A DNA stretch of 64,000 nucleotides from Batkoa obscura (Eukaryota). The stretch is from the NCBI GenBank assembly GCA_030770535.1, contig JASVEC010000017.1:558001-622000 (forward strand), given 5' to 3'. The position numbers and the translations under genes were made by a program. Below are positions 35,450 to 46,500 of the stretch, piece after piece; the first letter of the stretch is position 1, and every line of letters starts with the position of its first letter. The notes under the pieces are model-generated. The model was not told the DNA's origin, made no database searches, and saw only the letters and a list, made by a program, of their open reading frames with translations.

Positions 35450-36241
35450 TTACCAATTAGGATCAGATCTGCCAAAATACCTTTCAGACAAATGATATAG
35501 GAGATAACTACCATGGATAGAACTCTTTAATATTTGTTTTATATTGTCATTAATATTGATGGAATTCAAATATTCATCAGATTCATCAACAAGTGACCTT
35601 TGAGATGTGATATTACTGTCAATCTCAATATAGTAATTTACCTCACTGGAACTTTTATCTTTTTTTATTGATCCAATGTCATTCATTAAAGCGCATTGTA
35701 AGGATATATAAACGATTGAGCTATGAACAAGAGAGAGATTATCGATTACATTTGGAAAATTAACCATTATAATAAGCTTCATAAGATCACACATTCCTAT
35801 ATTTCGACTTCTCCAGTTAGACCAGATAAATTGCTTTATGACAGGTGTATCTGGAATGTCATTATTCTTTATCTCTTTTGCTTCGCCACAACTAGCAACC
35901 CACGTTTTATAAAGCCTTAAATAATATGCAATTTCGTTTTCGTTTAAATAGCTGCTTAACAGCTCGAAGTATTGGTTGTCAATATGCTTTATATCAATAC
36001 CAGCAGCTATAAATTTATCACTAGCTAAAGTATGGCAACTCATGATCATCAAAGCTATATAAGAAATCTCAGGTTTTGGTAACTGTTCAAAATATAAACT
36101 TAAGCACTCTACATAATCCATAACCTGGTTGAAATGACTAAGGCGTAATTCTTTCCATTTGTATTCAAGGATCTCTTTTACCTTACTAACCTCGGGAGAA
36201 GAAGAAAAATACTTTTTTGTTGTTTTAAATGAACTTTCCAT
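35450..36241 (-). CDS. Atypical class I terpene-synthase-fold protein
   Basis: NSE/DTE-like LMNDIGSIKKD followed by EVNY, an upstream WRSRNIG (pyrophosphate-sensor Arg position) and C-terminal RY; no clear DDxxD. Confidence 0.62.
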   Translation of the reverse strand: MESSFKTTKKYFSSSPEVSKVKEILEYKWKELRLSHFNQVMDYVECLSLYFEQLPKPEISYIALMIMSCHTLASDKFIAAGIDIKHIDNQYFELLSSYLNENEIAYYLRLYKTWVASCGEAKEIKNNDIPDTPVIKQFIWSNWRSRNIGMCDLMKLIIMVNFPNVIDNLSLVHSSIVYISLQCALMNDIGSIKKDKSSSEVNYYIEIDSNITSQRSLVDESDEYLNSININDNIKQILKSSIHGSYLLYHLSERYFGRSDPNW

Positions 36242-36304
36242 TGATAATTGCTATATTCTGAGATTTCTTATGTATATTCAATACAAAAATAAACCTCAAT
36301 GAAT

Positions 36305-36383
36305 GAATTTTACTAACAATTTTTCCGCTTAAATAGCGCTCTTAAAAGATGGAAAAAGTGATGAAACCACAAAAAATACCACT
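36305..36383 (+). mobile_element. 5'-truncated MITE copy
   Basis: GAATTTTACTAACAATTTTTCCGCTTAAATAGCGC...GATGAAACCACAAAAAATACC matches the family core. Confidence 0.65.
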
Positions 36384-37876
36384 ATATACTATTTTGGAAC
36401 CTATTATGTTTGTTAATGTTTAATCATCTAAATGATAACGCTATCTTAATAAGTTAATATAATCTTGCAGATTAACCTCGAATAAATTAATAAGTTTACA
36501 TGTTTGCTCTAAAATACTATTCATAAACACAAGAATAAAATTTCAAAAGTAAAGCATAATAAATATATGAAAATATAAATAACACTTATTTAAACTTGAA
36601 ATGAAAGTTAAAAAAATGCTTAGTAAAACATCTTGTTGTATTTGAAAAGTTTTGATATCATATATATATATTTAGATAGCTCTAGTTTAATGTACAGTTA
36701 TACAAAAAACGAAATAAATTCTTTTATTATTTCAACAATAAAATGGAACCTTGGTTCTTTATTACCAAACACAGTTGCAAAAAAGGTAAAAAATCGAGGT
36801 ATTATATACTTGTTAATTATTGAATTTTACGAACAAAGCAATATTATTACGAATAATTAATGTGGATGTGAACTTGTGTCCTCACATTGGTTCACGGGTT
36901 TTAATCTACATTATATCATAAGATAAATGCTTCAAATCAATCTAATTTAATATAGACAATAGTTGGTTATCAAGTTTAAATTTCGATGAGTGATTGACTT
37001 TAGTTCAAATTAAATACTGTATTAAGGTTTATTCAATTTAATATAAAAATATGTAAAAAAGGTTTTATTTCTTTAGTATAGTGTACAAAAAATTAGGACT
37101 ATTATTATTAATTATCATTAATTTAAAAAGTTGTATTTTGCCTTCGTGTAAGCTTTTTTAATTTTAATGCTTGCCACATTTCTTAAACTTGAAGATTATA
37201 AATTTTCGTGTTTTATTAAATCTAAATAATAGATAAAGAGAAAATACTTGAGGAGGTGCAAAATTATAATATGATCAATTATCATCAAATGAAATAAAAC
37301 TGCTTACAGTCTGTATATGAAGGGATCGGTGAGCTAAATAGAGATATTTCCATGTATGCTATTTTAGGAAAGAACAAAGATTTGTGAAAGCTAAGGAACA
37401 AAACTTGAGTAGAAAAGTCCAAAAGGTGTTCAAGTTAGGTTAAATATCAGTTTGGTATAAAAAGCTTGACAAAAAGGGAATTAACCAAACAGATACCTCA
37501 AATAAACTTTTCAAGTCAAAATATTGATGGTAAATAAGATTAAAGACAAAAAATCTTAAACATTTAGAAGTAGCTTTTTGGAAAAAGGGCATTAAGTTGA
37601 ATACCATGAATCATGAGTAAAAACAGTTAATGTTTTTACTTATTACTTTTCATGTAATAATTATTTTTATTATTATTTATACTGTACAATGTTTTATAAA
37701 TATTAGATTCTTTTTATTTTATATTTAATGAGATATTAAATTTAAAAAATATCTTTCATTTAAGACTAATACTACATAAACTTCTAATATTATAAATTTT
37801 TACAAATACTTTTAAATATAAATTAACAATATAAAAATCCGAAGCTTAATAAATAAAGTATAAGCTAAAAGTATTT

Positions 37877-39236
37877 ATTTAATAATAGTTATATTATATT
37901 CATCCATATACTTTGCTAAACAAGTAGTTGTATTTGGCATTTTAACCGATTTTGCGTTATTGTAATAAGTGGACATATATTCAATAAAAACGTTGGAATT
38001 TACATCATTATAATTATCAAAGAGAACATTAGTTAAATTATTATTTGATATTGGTTTCTTTTTTATATTCGAAAATGGAATATCTATGTTACCATGTTAA
38101 GACGACAATTCGATATTTGAAAGTTATATAAATTAGGACAATATGTATACAAAAAATCAAAAAATCAAAAAATCCCATTCCTAAAATTAAATTCTTTACT
38201 TTCAACATTATTATATTGTTATTCATCTTTGGATAGTTTCCTTGAATTAAAAACAAGGAGCTTCTTCATAATGATAAATTCAAATAAGTAATCGTTGACA
38301 TACTCAAAATAGAATATAAAATTTTGAATGTAAGGTTATAGCAAAGTTAGACATTTAATTTATTTAATTTCCAAAATAAATCATTGTTAATAGTTAAAAT
38401 ATTTAACTTGACTTTATATAATGTTAATTGCTTTAAATTGGATTTACCATTAAATATTAATTTATAATACTCTGGTATATAGAATGCTTCAAGCTTTGGA
38501 TAACTATTAAAATTGATATCTATTTCTTTTGAAACTAATATATATATATTTTCAATATGTAGCCTTTTTAACTCCAGAAATGATTTATTTAAGAGATAAT
38601 TAAGTTCGTGTAATTTAAGATCAATTCTAGTTAATTCAAGTGTCTTTAAGTTATTAAATTGATCTAATATATTTCCAGAATACGATAATCCATTATTGAA
38701 GTTGTATTTAATCACTAATGAAGTGATAGTGGATGGCAAACTTGGCATTATTGTGGTTATAAAATAGTCATTTATATCGCTCAATTTCAAATATGTTAAA
38801 TTTGCAAGTATTTCTTCAATTGCAATTTTATGACTATCAAGGTTACTTTCAGCTGCCATATTATCGATGGAAGTTGTATAATGAATACCCTTTAATGGAA
38901 TGCATCTGAAATACTTTCTTTTCTTCAACTAATTATTTAAATACTGTACACAGATTTGTTATATTTGGATATATTGGGGAATGTAATGGTATATTTAAAA
39001 GTTGCTTAAAATTTACTTGCTTAATGTAATGGTCATACTTTTTAAAACTTCTATACATTTTTTTATCGTAATGATAATAATAATTTGGTGTGATATCTCC
39101 CCATAATATCGGTATAATTGCTTTATTCCACCCTTTACAACATGTCAATAAGTTGACTTTATCTATGTGAAGGATAAAACAAGATCTCTTTAATTATGTT
39201 TTTCTCCAAATCATCAAATTTAAACAATGTCCTCAT
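37877..39236 (-). pseudogene. F-box/LRR-like pseudogene
   Basis: F-box-like LTCCKGWNKAIIPILWGDI followed by LRR-like units (FNNLKTLEL, LELKRLHI, YPKLEAF), broken by stops and frameshifts into several ORFs. Confidence 0.6.
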
Positions 39237-39638
39237 TTTAAAAAAGTTCAATATAAAACAAATAAAAAAGGTGGAGTGATATTTTGTTTATATTTAATTA
39301 AATTGATGGCTAAAAATAGTGATTTTCATTATGGCATAAAATCAAATTTAAGATCAATAAGCTATATCATAATATTCGATTAATACTTAGATTGTTATAA
39401 ACGCACTTTCAAGTTTTGAAATACTCGCTCTATTCCCATGTATTCTGTTACTAGAAGAAAATAGGATTATTGTATAGGATATAATATGGCACAGTAAAAA
39501 GGAAGGCATCTTATGCTATCAATTGAAGCCTAAACTTTTCATATTGTAAAAATTAATAGAAAAAATGATTTTGATTAACTTTTCTTAACTTTATTAAGTT
39601 GGAGATGTAACAATATTTAAAAATGTACTTAGATATAT

Positions 39639-39736
39639 GGAGGTGATTTTTTTTGGCTTCATCACTTTTTTCATTTTTTAAGCGCTATTTAAGTGGAAAA
39701 ATTGTTAGTAAAATTCTTAACAAAAAATACATCCAC
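39639..39736 (-). mobile_element. ~100-bp MITE-like element, reverse orientation
   Basis: Reverse complement of the family consensus, with ATAT on both flanks. Confidence 0.75.
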
Positions 39737-39812
39737 ATATATAAAGCAATTTGATTACTTATTTAACTAGATATATATAATTTTTTTAGTTTTAAAGTTC
39801 AATGATCAGATT

Positions 39813-39885
39813 GGGGAACTAGCTCAGATGGTAGAGCGCTCGCTTAGCATGCGAGAGGCACCGGGATCGATGCCCGGGTTCTCCA
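39813..39885 (+). tRNA. tRNA-Ala(AGC)
   Basis: Same sequence as the other two copies; followed by T-runs. Confidence 0.97.
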
Positions 39886-40675
39886 TTTTCCTACTTTTTA
39901 AATAGGATCTTTTTTTTGGTTTCATTATTTTTTCCTTTTTTTAAGCGCTATTTGAGTGGAAACATTCTTGGTAAAATTCTTAATCAGAAAAATACATCCC
40001 CAAATTCTATTTTTCTCACCATCTATAAAGTTGATAATGAAAATAAGGTATTGAAAAATAACTTTATTGATTCTCTAATAACTATTATCATTTTTATTAA
40101 AATAAAAACAAAAGTACCTTTGATATAAGGTTTCTTCGTGTAGTAAAATATTAACCATAAAGGCTAAAACATAAAACATCATTAGCCATATTCACAACGC
40201 TACTCAAATAAACCACGTTCACCTTAAATTTGCAATAACATTTCATAGCTTACATATTAGCATAAATCATACTTTTATGTTTGTATTCCTTTTTGATTAT
40301 TTTTTCAATTAAATAATTAATTAAATGGGGTAAATTTAAAAACTAGTGTTGTTAGTTTCTAAAAAAAGAATTAAAGATAGACTAAACTTTAGTATACTCA
40401 AATAAAAATAAAATATATTAATTATAAAATAATAGTAATAAAACTAAAATCAAAATGCTATTTTATTATGAATATTGGAGAATATGAAGTTGAAAATGAG
40501 TTAATTTTACAACGTTTTTTTTTACTAAAATTTAGCTCGAGATTGAAGAAATAAACTCATTTTTTCAAGTGGAGTGTAAAAATGGAATAAAATATAAATT
40601 AAGTGATTAAATTAAAAATAAATAAATTAAAATATAATCAAAATATAATCAAAATATTAAATTTAACAATTAAAA

Positions 40676-41461
40676 ATGAAATCTACTACCGTAATTAGCA
40701 TCATAGTCTCCTCTTTAATCTCTTCTGTTATTTCCATTCCTACTCCTACCCCTAATGACGAATATGCTGTAACTACTCCTTCCTATGAAACTATTGATTA
40801 TTCTGATACTTACAATACTGGTAAGATAAATAATTACTCGAATAACAATAGTAATGCTTATGGTGATAGTTATAATACTAGCTATAATAACAATAACAAT
40901 AACAATAACAATAATGGCTATTCCAACAACAACAATAATAATGACTATTCCAACAACAATAATAATAATAATTATAATACTGGCTATTCTGGCGATAACT
41001 ACAACAATGGATACTCTGATAATAGCTATAATACTGGGTATTCTGGAAACAACTACAACACTGGGTATTCTGGTAATAATTACAATAATGGATATTCTGG
41101 TAATAACTATAATACTGGGTACTCTGGTAATAACTATAATACTGGATACTCTAACAACTATAACAATGAATATTCCAACAATTATAATAATAATTATAAC
41201 AACGATTATAAAAATGGATATGGGTACGATTATAATAAAGCATATGGCTCAAATTATGCATTAGGATCTAACAATTATAATAGTAATTACGATCACGGAT
41301 ACAATAATAATAATAACTACAATAATAATTACGATAATGACTACAATTCTGGCGTCACTGGAGTAGGTGCAAGCTCCAATGGTGCTACTGGTGTTGGTGC
41401 ATCCAATTCTAATGGAGGTATCGGTTTAGGCCTTGGTCTTGGTCTAGGTTTAGGTATTTAA
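40676..41461 (+). CDS. Secreted Asn/Tyr/Gly-rich repeat protein (copy B)
   Basis: Same as copy A except GASNS versus GASTS near the C-terminus. Confidence 0.85.
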   Translation: MKSTTVISIIVSSLISSVISIPTPTPNDEYAVTTPSYETIDYSDTYNTGKINNYSNNNSNAYGDSYNTSYNNNNNNNNNNGYSNNNNNNDYSNNNNNNNYNTGYSGDNYNNGYSDNSYNTGYSGNNYNTGYSGNNYNNGYSGNNYNTGYSGNNYNTGYSNNYNNEYSNNYNNNYNNDYKNGYGYDYNKAYGSNYALGSNNYNSNYDHGYNNNNNYNNNYDNDYNSGVTGVGASSNGATGVGASNSNGGIGLGLGLGLGLGI

Positions 41462-41701
41462 GGGACTCAAAATTATTACTTTCATTTTTCATATACTCTA
41501 ATAATAAAATCATAATTCATATTTAAAAATTTGATGACTTGTTTTTACTATGTTATTTATCTGAATATAAATTATAAAATTATGATTATACACTACATCT
41601 GATAAGTTGTGCAAAAAATGACTTATTTCAAATTAAACTAAAATTGATTTAAGCAATCTTCGAAAATTGCATTTTAAGTTTTGGAATAAAAATAGTTCAT
41701 A

Positions 41702-42889
41702 ATGTTTTTTAATAGAGTTTTTAAAAGAATGTTCAACACTAAACTTATAAGTATAAATCCAAAAGATATACATTTCAATGAAATTGGAGAAGCAAGTTAT
41801 TGTGGCGGAGAATTTCCTAAAGAATTTCTAGAAGCTTGCAAATATTTAAATAGTAGCAATGGGTTAATAGGATTACCAACTGAAACTGTATATGGGTTAG
41901 GTGCTAACGCTTTAGATACAGATTCTATTAACAAAATATACAAAGCCAAGGGTAGACCGAGCGATAATCCATTAATAGTTCATATTTCAAGTCTAAAAAT
42001 GTTAAATAAAATATTGCCTAATGGTGTTCCATCGGTATATGAAGAAGTGATAAAAAAATATTGGCCAGGTCCACTAACAATTTTATTACCAAGGAGTGAA
42101 TTAATACCTTTATCAATAACTGCTGGGCAACCTACAGTAGCTATAAGGTTCCCAAGTCATCCGGTTGCTAGAGCAATTATAGAAAAGGCAGACGTACCAA
42201 TAGCAGCACCTTCAGCAAATTTAAGTGGTAGACCTAGTCCAACATTAGCTTCACATGTATTAGATGATCTAGATGGAAAACTTGAATATATTATCGATGC
42301 AGGGGCATGTGATTTTGGACTAGAATCTACAGTTTTAGACGGGTTAAGTCAGCCACCTATTTTATTGAGACCAGGTGCTATTACATTAGAGCAAATTCAA
42401 ACTATTAAGGGATTTGAAAATAGTAGAGTTTATAAGAGAGAACTATTTACTAAAGAACAAAGCGATAGTATTGAGCAAACTCCCACTACTCCAGGTATGA
42501 AGTATCAGCATTATTCACCAGATGCTAAAGTTATTTTATTTGAGCCAAGAGAAAATAAACTATTAAGTGAAAAGATAGAAATAGAATTAAAAGAAATTAG
42601 TAATAGTAGTAATAGTGGTAATACTAATAAACTCAAAATAGCTATTTTGACAAAAGAAAACATCTCGAGCATTGAATTGATTAAAAGTAAATTTAGTGAC
42701 CATTCAATTTTTTATGAGTATATTGGGTTAGACGTTCAAGATGTTGCTAAAAACATGTTTGCTAAATTAAGAGAAATGGATAAATTAAATATGGATTATA
42801 TTTTAATGCAAGGTGTGTTAGATAAAGATTTAGGTACTGCTGTTATGAATAGATTAAGAAAAGCTGCTTCAAAAATTGTTGATTATTAA
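41702..42889 (+). CDS. SUA5: Threonylcarbamoyl-AMP synthase Sua5
   Basis: PTETVYGLGANA, KGRPSDNPLIVH, WPGPLT, AAPSANLSGRPSPT, GLESTV, PGMKYQHYSP, AVMNRLRKAA. Confidence 0.97.
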   Translation: MFFNRVFKRMFNTKLISINPKDIHFNEIGEASYCGGEFPKEFLEACKYLNSSNGLIGLPTETVYGLGANALDTDSINKIYKAKGRPSDNPLIVHISSLKMLNKILPNGVPSVYEEVIKKYWPGPLTILLPRSELIPLSITAGQPTVAIRFPSHPVARAIIEKADVPIAAPSANLSGRPSPTLASHVLDDLDGKLEYIIDAGACDFGLESTVLDGLSQPPILLRPGAITLEQIQTIKGFENSRVYKRELFTKEQSDSIEQTPTTPGMKYQHYSPDAKVILFEPRENKLLSEKIEIELKEISNSSNSGNTNKLKIAILTKENISSIELIKSKFSDHSIFYEYIGLDVQDVAKNMFAKLREMDKLNMDYILMQGVLDKDLGTAVMNRLRKAASKIVDY

Positions 42890-43542
42890 TAGAAGGCTAT
42901 TTTGGTATTTTATAGAGTTTCCTGGGTTTTATTATATTATTTAATAAACAAAGTGAATAATTATTATTGAATAATAATAAAATGCAACGCTTTTTTGAAA
43001 TTTTAAAAGTATTTTTACTATTGAATTTTAATTTTGAGTTTTTTGAGTCTTTATTTACTGCTGTTTATAGAGATCATAATATCTGTTTATCAAAATATGT
43101 TTAATTCATATATGAGTCAGATAGCGAAACCGTATCTAGTATAGTCTGCTAAAGTATATCCTAGATATTACATTAAACTACGCAGTAAACTTGGGTTAAC
43201 ACATGATTATATTTTTGTCATTAATCTACTAATAATTTATTTGATTCAGGCGTAAAAAGTGAGTAATTAATTGAGAGGAAAAAAGACATTCCCACATTAA
43301 TTTTGAAATTGAAATTATAAATTACAAGCTTATAATGAGAATCATAAGCAAATAAGCAGGTGCAAAGTTTTAAGCAACCAATTAGGGGAGGTTTGCTTTA
43401 TTTTAATAATTTAAACGAACAAGGATTGAAAGGCTAGGTCATCTTTTGTGTTCAAAAGCTATACTACACAAATAATCAATAAAGTATAGTATAGTAGTAA
43501 ACAGACGATACAGTATCAAATCAAAGAGTAAACACCAGAGTA

Positions 43543-46500
43543 ATGAATAATAAATTTGGTTTTACTCCTTCCCCTGCTCCTGTTCGACGGGTAAAGGGCG
43601 TCCAATTTGGTATCCTTTCTCCTGAGGAGATTAAAGCAATGTCAGTGGTGCAAGTTGTCCATCCATATGTTATGGACGAATCTGGTCATGCGCCAAGGCA
43701 AGGAGGTCTTTCAGATCCTCGTATGGGTACTATTGATCGTAATTTTAAATGCTTAAGTTGTGGTGAAAGTATGAAAGAATGTCCAGGGCATTTTGGCCAC
43801 ATTGAATTTTTAAGACCAGTTTTTCATCCAGGTTTTATTACCAAAGTAAAGAAAGTATTAGAATGTGTCTGTATTAAATGTGGTCGTCTCAAGGCTGATG
43901 AGGAAAATATTAGCTTTAAAAAAGCTCTTTCAATTCGTAATCCTAAAAATAGATTTAAGGCGATTTGGGATATTTGTAAAGGTAAGTCTATGTGTGGAGA
44001 CGCAAGATCTAGAAGAGAAGGAGGTGAAAATATCGAAGGAAGTGAAAATATAGATACTTTAGCTTCTAGACGTATGGCACAAATGCCTTGTGGGTCCAAA
44101 CAGCCTATTTACCGGAAAGAATCTCTTAGAATTTATGCCCATTATAAAGCAGAAAAGGGTTCTGAAGAATCTGCTGATGTCAAAGAACTTATTACTGCTA
44201 GTAAAGTAATCAACATTTTTAAAAAGATTTCTGAAGTAGACTTGATTACAATGGGTTTATCGTGTAAATTTGCTAGACCAGAATGGTATATGATCTCTGT
44301 TCTTCCAGTTCCACCTCCACCTGTTCGCCCTAGTATTTCAATTGACGGTTCTGGACGTGGTGAAGATGATTTGACTCATAAGTTGGGTGATATCATTAAA
44401 GCAAATGATCAATTGAAAGGGAGTGAGGTAGGTGCTCATAATATGATTTCGGATGAATTAGAATTCGTTTTGCAATACCATACTGCTACAATGATGGACA
44501 ATGATATTGCTGGTGTTCCAGCTGCAATTCAGAAGTCCGGTCGTCCCATAAAATCTATCCGTGCTAGACTTAAGGGTAAAGAAGGTCGTTTACGTGGTAA
44601 CTTGATGGGTAAACGTGTTGATTTTTCTGCACGTACCGTTATTACTGGTGATCCTAACCTTTCAATTGAGCAAGTTGGCGTTCCTCGTTCTATTGCTAGA
44701 AATCTTACCTATCCTGAAACTGTAACAGCTTTCAATATGAACCGCTTGCAAAAAGCAGTAAACAATGGTCCAAATGTTCATCCTGGTGCTAAATATGTTA
44801 TGCGTGATACTGGTGAACGTGTTGATCTTCGTTATGTTCGAAATGGTAATGTATCCCTCCAAATTGGTTATGTTGTTGAACGTCATATTAATGATGGTGA
44901 TGTGGTTATTTTCAATCGTCAACCTTCGCTCCATAAAATGAGTATGATGGGACATAGAATTAAGGTCTTACCATTCTCAACTTTCAGATTGAATTTATCA
45001 GTAACATCACCATATAATGCTGATTTCGATGGTGATGAAATGAATATGCATGTACCTCAATCAGAAGAGTCAAGAGCTGAAATCCTTGAATTATGCATGG
45101 TACCAAAACAAATTGTATCTCCTCAAGCTAATAAACCTGTCATGGGTATTGTGCAAGATACGCTTTGTGGTATTCGTAAATTTACCAAGAGAGATTGCTT
45201 TGTAGGTAAAGAATTGCTGATGAATTTACTTCTCCATGTTCCAGATTGGGATGGTCGTGTTCCTCAACCATGTATCCATAAGCCTGTCCCACTTTGGACC
45301 GGAAAGCAAGTGTTTAGTTTAATTATTCCAAAAGGAGTCAATTTAACTTCTTTCCATTCTGCTCATCCAGATGATGAAGATAGTCATATTTCCTTAGGTG
45401 ATACCAGAGTTGAAATTGTAGGAGGGGATTTAGTAACCGGTATTGTATGTAAAAGAACTATTGGTAGTTCTAATGGTGGTTTAATCCACGTAGTAATGAA
45501 TGATTTTGGTTCAAAAGTATGTATGAAATTATTTAATGGTACTCAAACTGTTGTAAATTACTGGCTTCTTCAACATGGTTTCAGTATTGGTGTTGGTGAT
45601 ATGATTGCTGACCATGCAACAATGACAACTATTAACTCTTTCATTACTAAAGCTAAAAAAGAAGTAAAACAAGTAATCAGAGAAGCTAATAACGGTAAAC
45701 TTGAAGCTTTACCTGGTCTTACTGTTCCAGAGACATTCGAATCAAAAGTTACTAATATTCTTAATTCTGCTCGTGATGGTGCTGGTAAAGCTGCTGAAAG
45801 AAGTTTGCCAGAGTTCAATAATATCAAGCAGATGGTAGTTGCTGGTTCTAAAGGTAGTTTTATTAATATTTCCCAAATGGCAGCTTGTGTTGGTCAACAA
45901 AATGTTGAAGGTAAGCGTATTCCATTTGGTTTCCGTAACCGTACACTTCCCCATTTCACTAAGAATGATCGTACTCCATTTGCTCGTGGTTTTGTTGAAA
46001 ACTCGTATATTCGTGGTTTGACCCCACAAGAGTTCTTTTTCCATGCTATGGGTGGTCGTGAAGGTTTAATTGATACTGCTGTTAAAACTGCTGAGACTGG
46101 TTATATCCAACGTCGTCTTGTAAAGGCTATGGAGGATGTTATGGTTAAATATGATGGTACAGTAAGAAATGCTTTAGGTCAAGTAGTGCAATTCTGTTAT
46201 GGTGAAGATGGTATGGATGCTGCATTTATTGAAAAGCAAAAGATTGAAACCGTTCGTATGTCAAATGCAGAATTCAATTCCAAATATAAATTAGATATTA
46301 AGAATGGTGTCATTAGTTTGGGTAAGAATAGAAACATTAATACTCAACTTATGGGTACAGTCATGAATGAACCTGATATTCAAGTCTTACTGGAAGACGA
46401 ATTTAAACAAATATATGATGATCGTAAAGAATTGAAAACCAAAATATTCCCAGGTGGCGATGATAACTGGCCAATGCCAGTTAATATCAGACGTCTTATC

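Larger units (their letters stand above)
39813..41526 (+). repeat. Right arm of the inverted duplication (mate 26479-28192)
   Basis: Reverse complement of the left arm. Confidence 0.95.

Noticed and set aside
28004..39813. Possible MITE targeting of tRNA genes (copies ~19 bp and ~76 bp from tRNA-Ala)
   Set aside because: Only two of about seven independent copies are near tRNAs, and tRNA-Asp and the 30162 tRNA have none; too few to claim.
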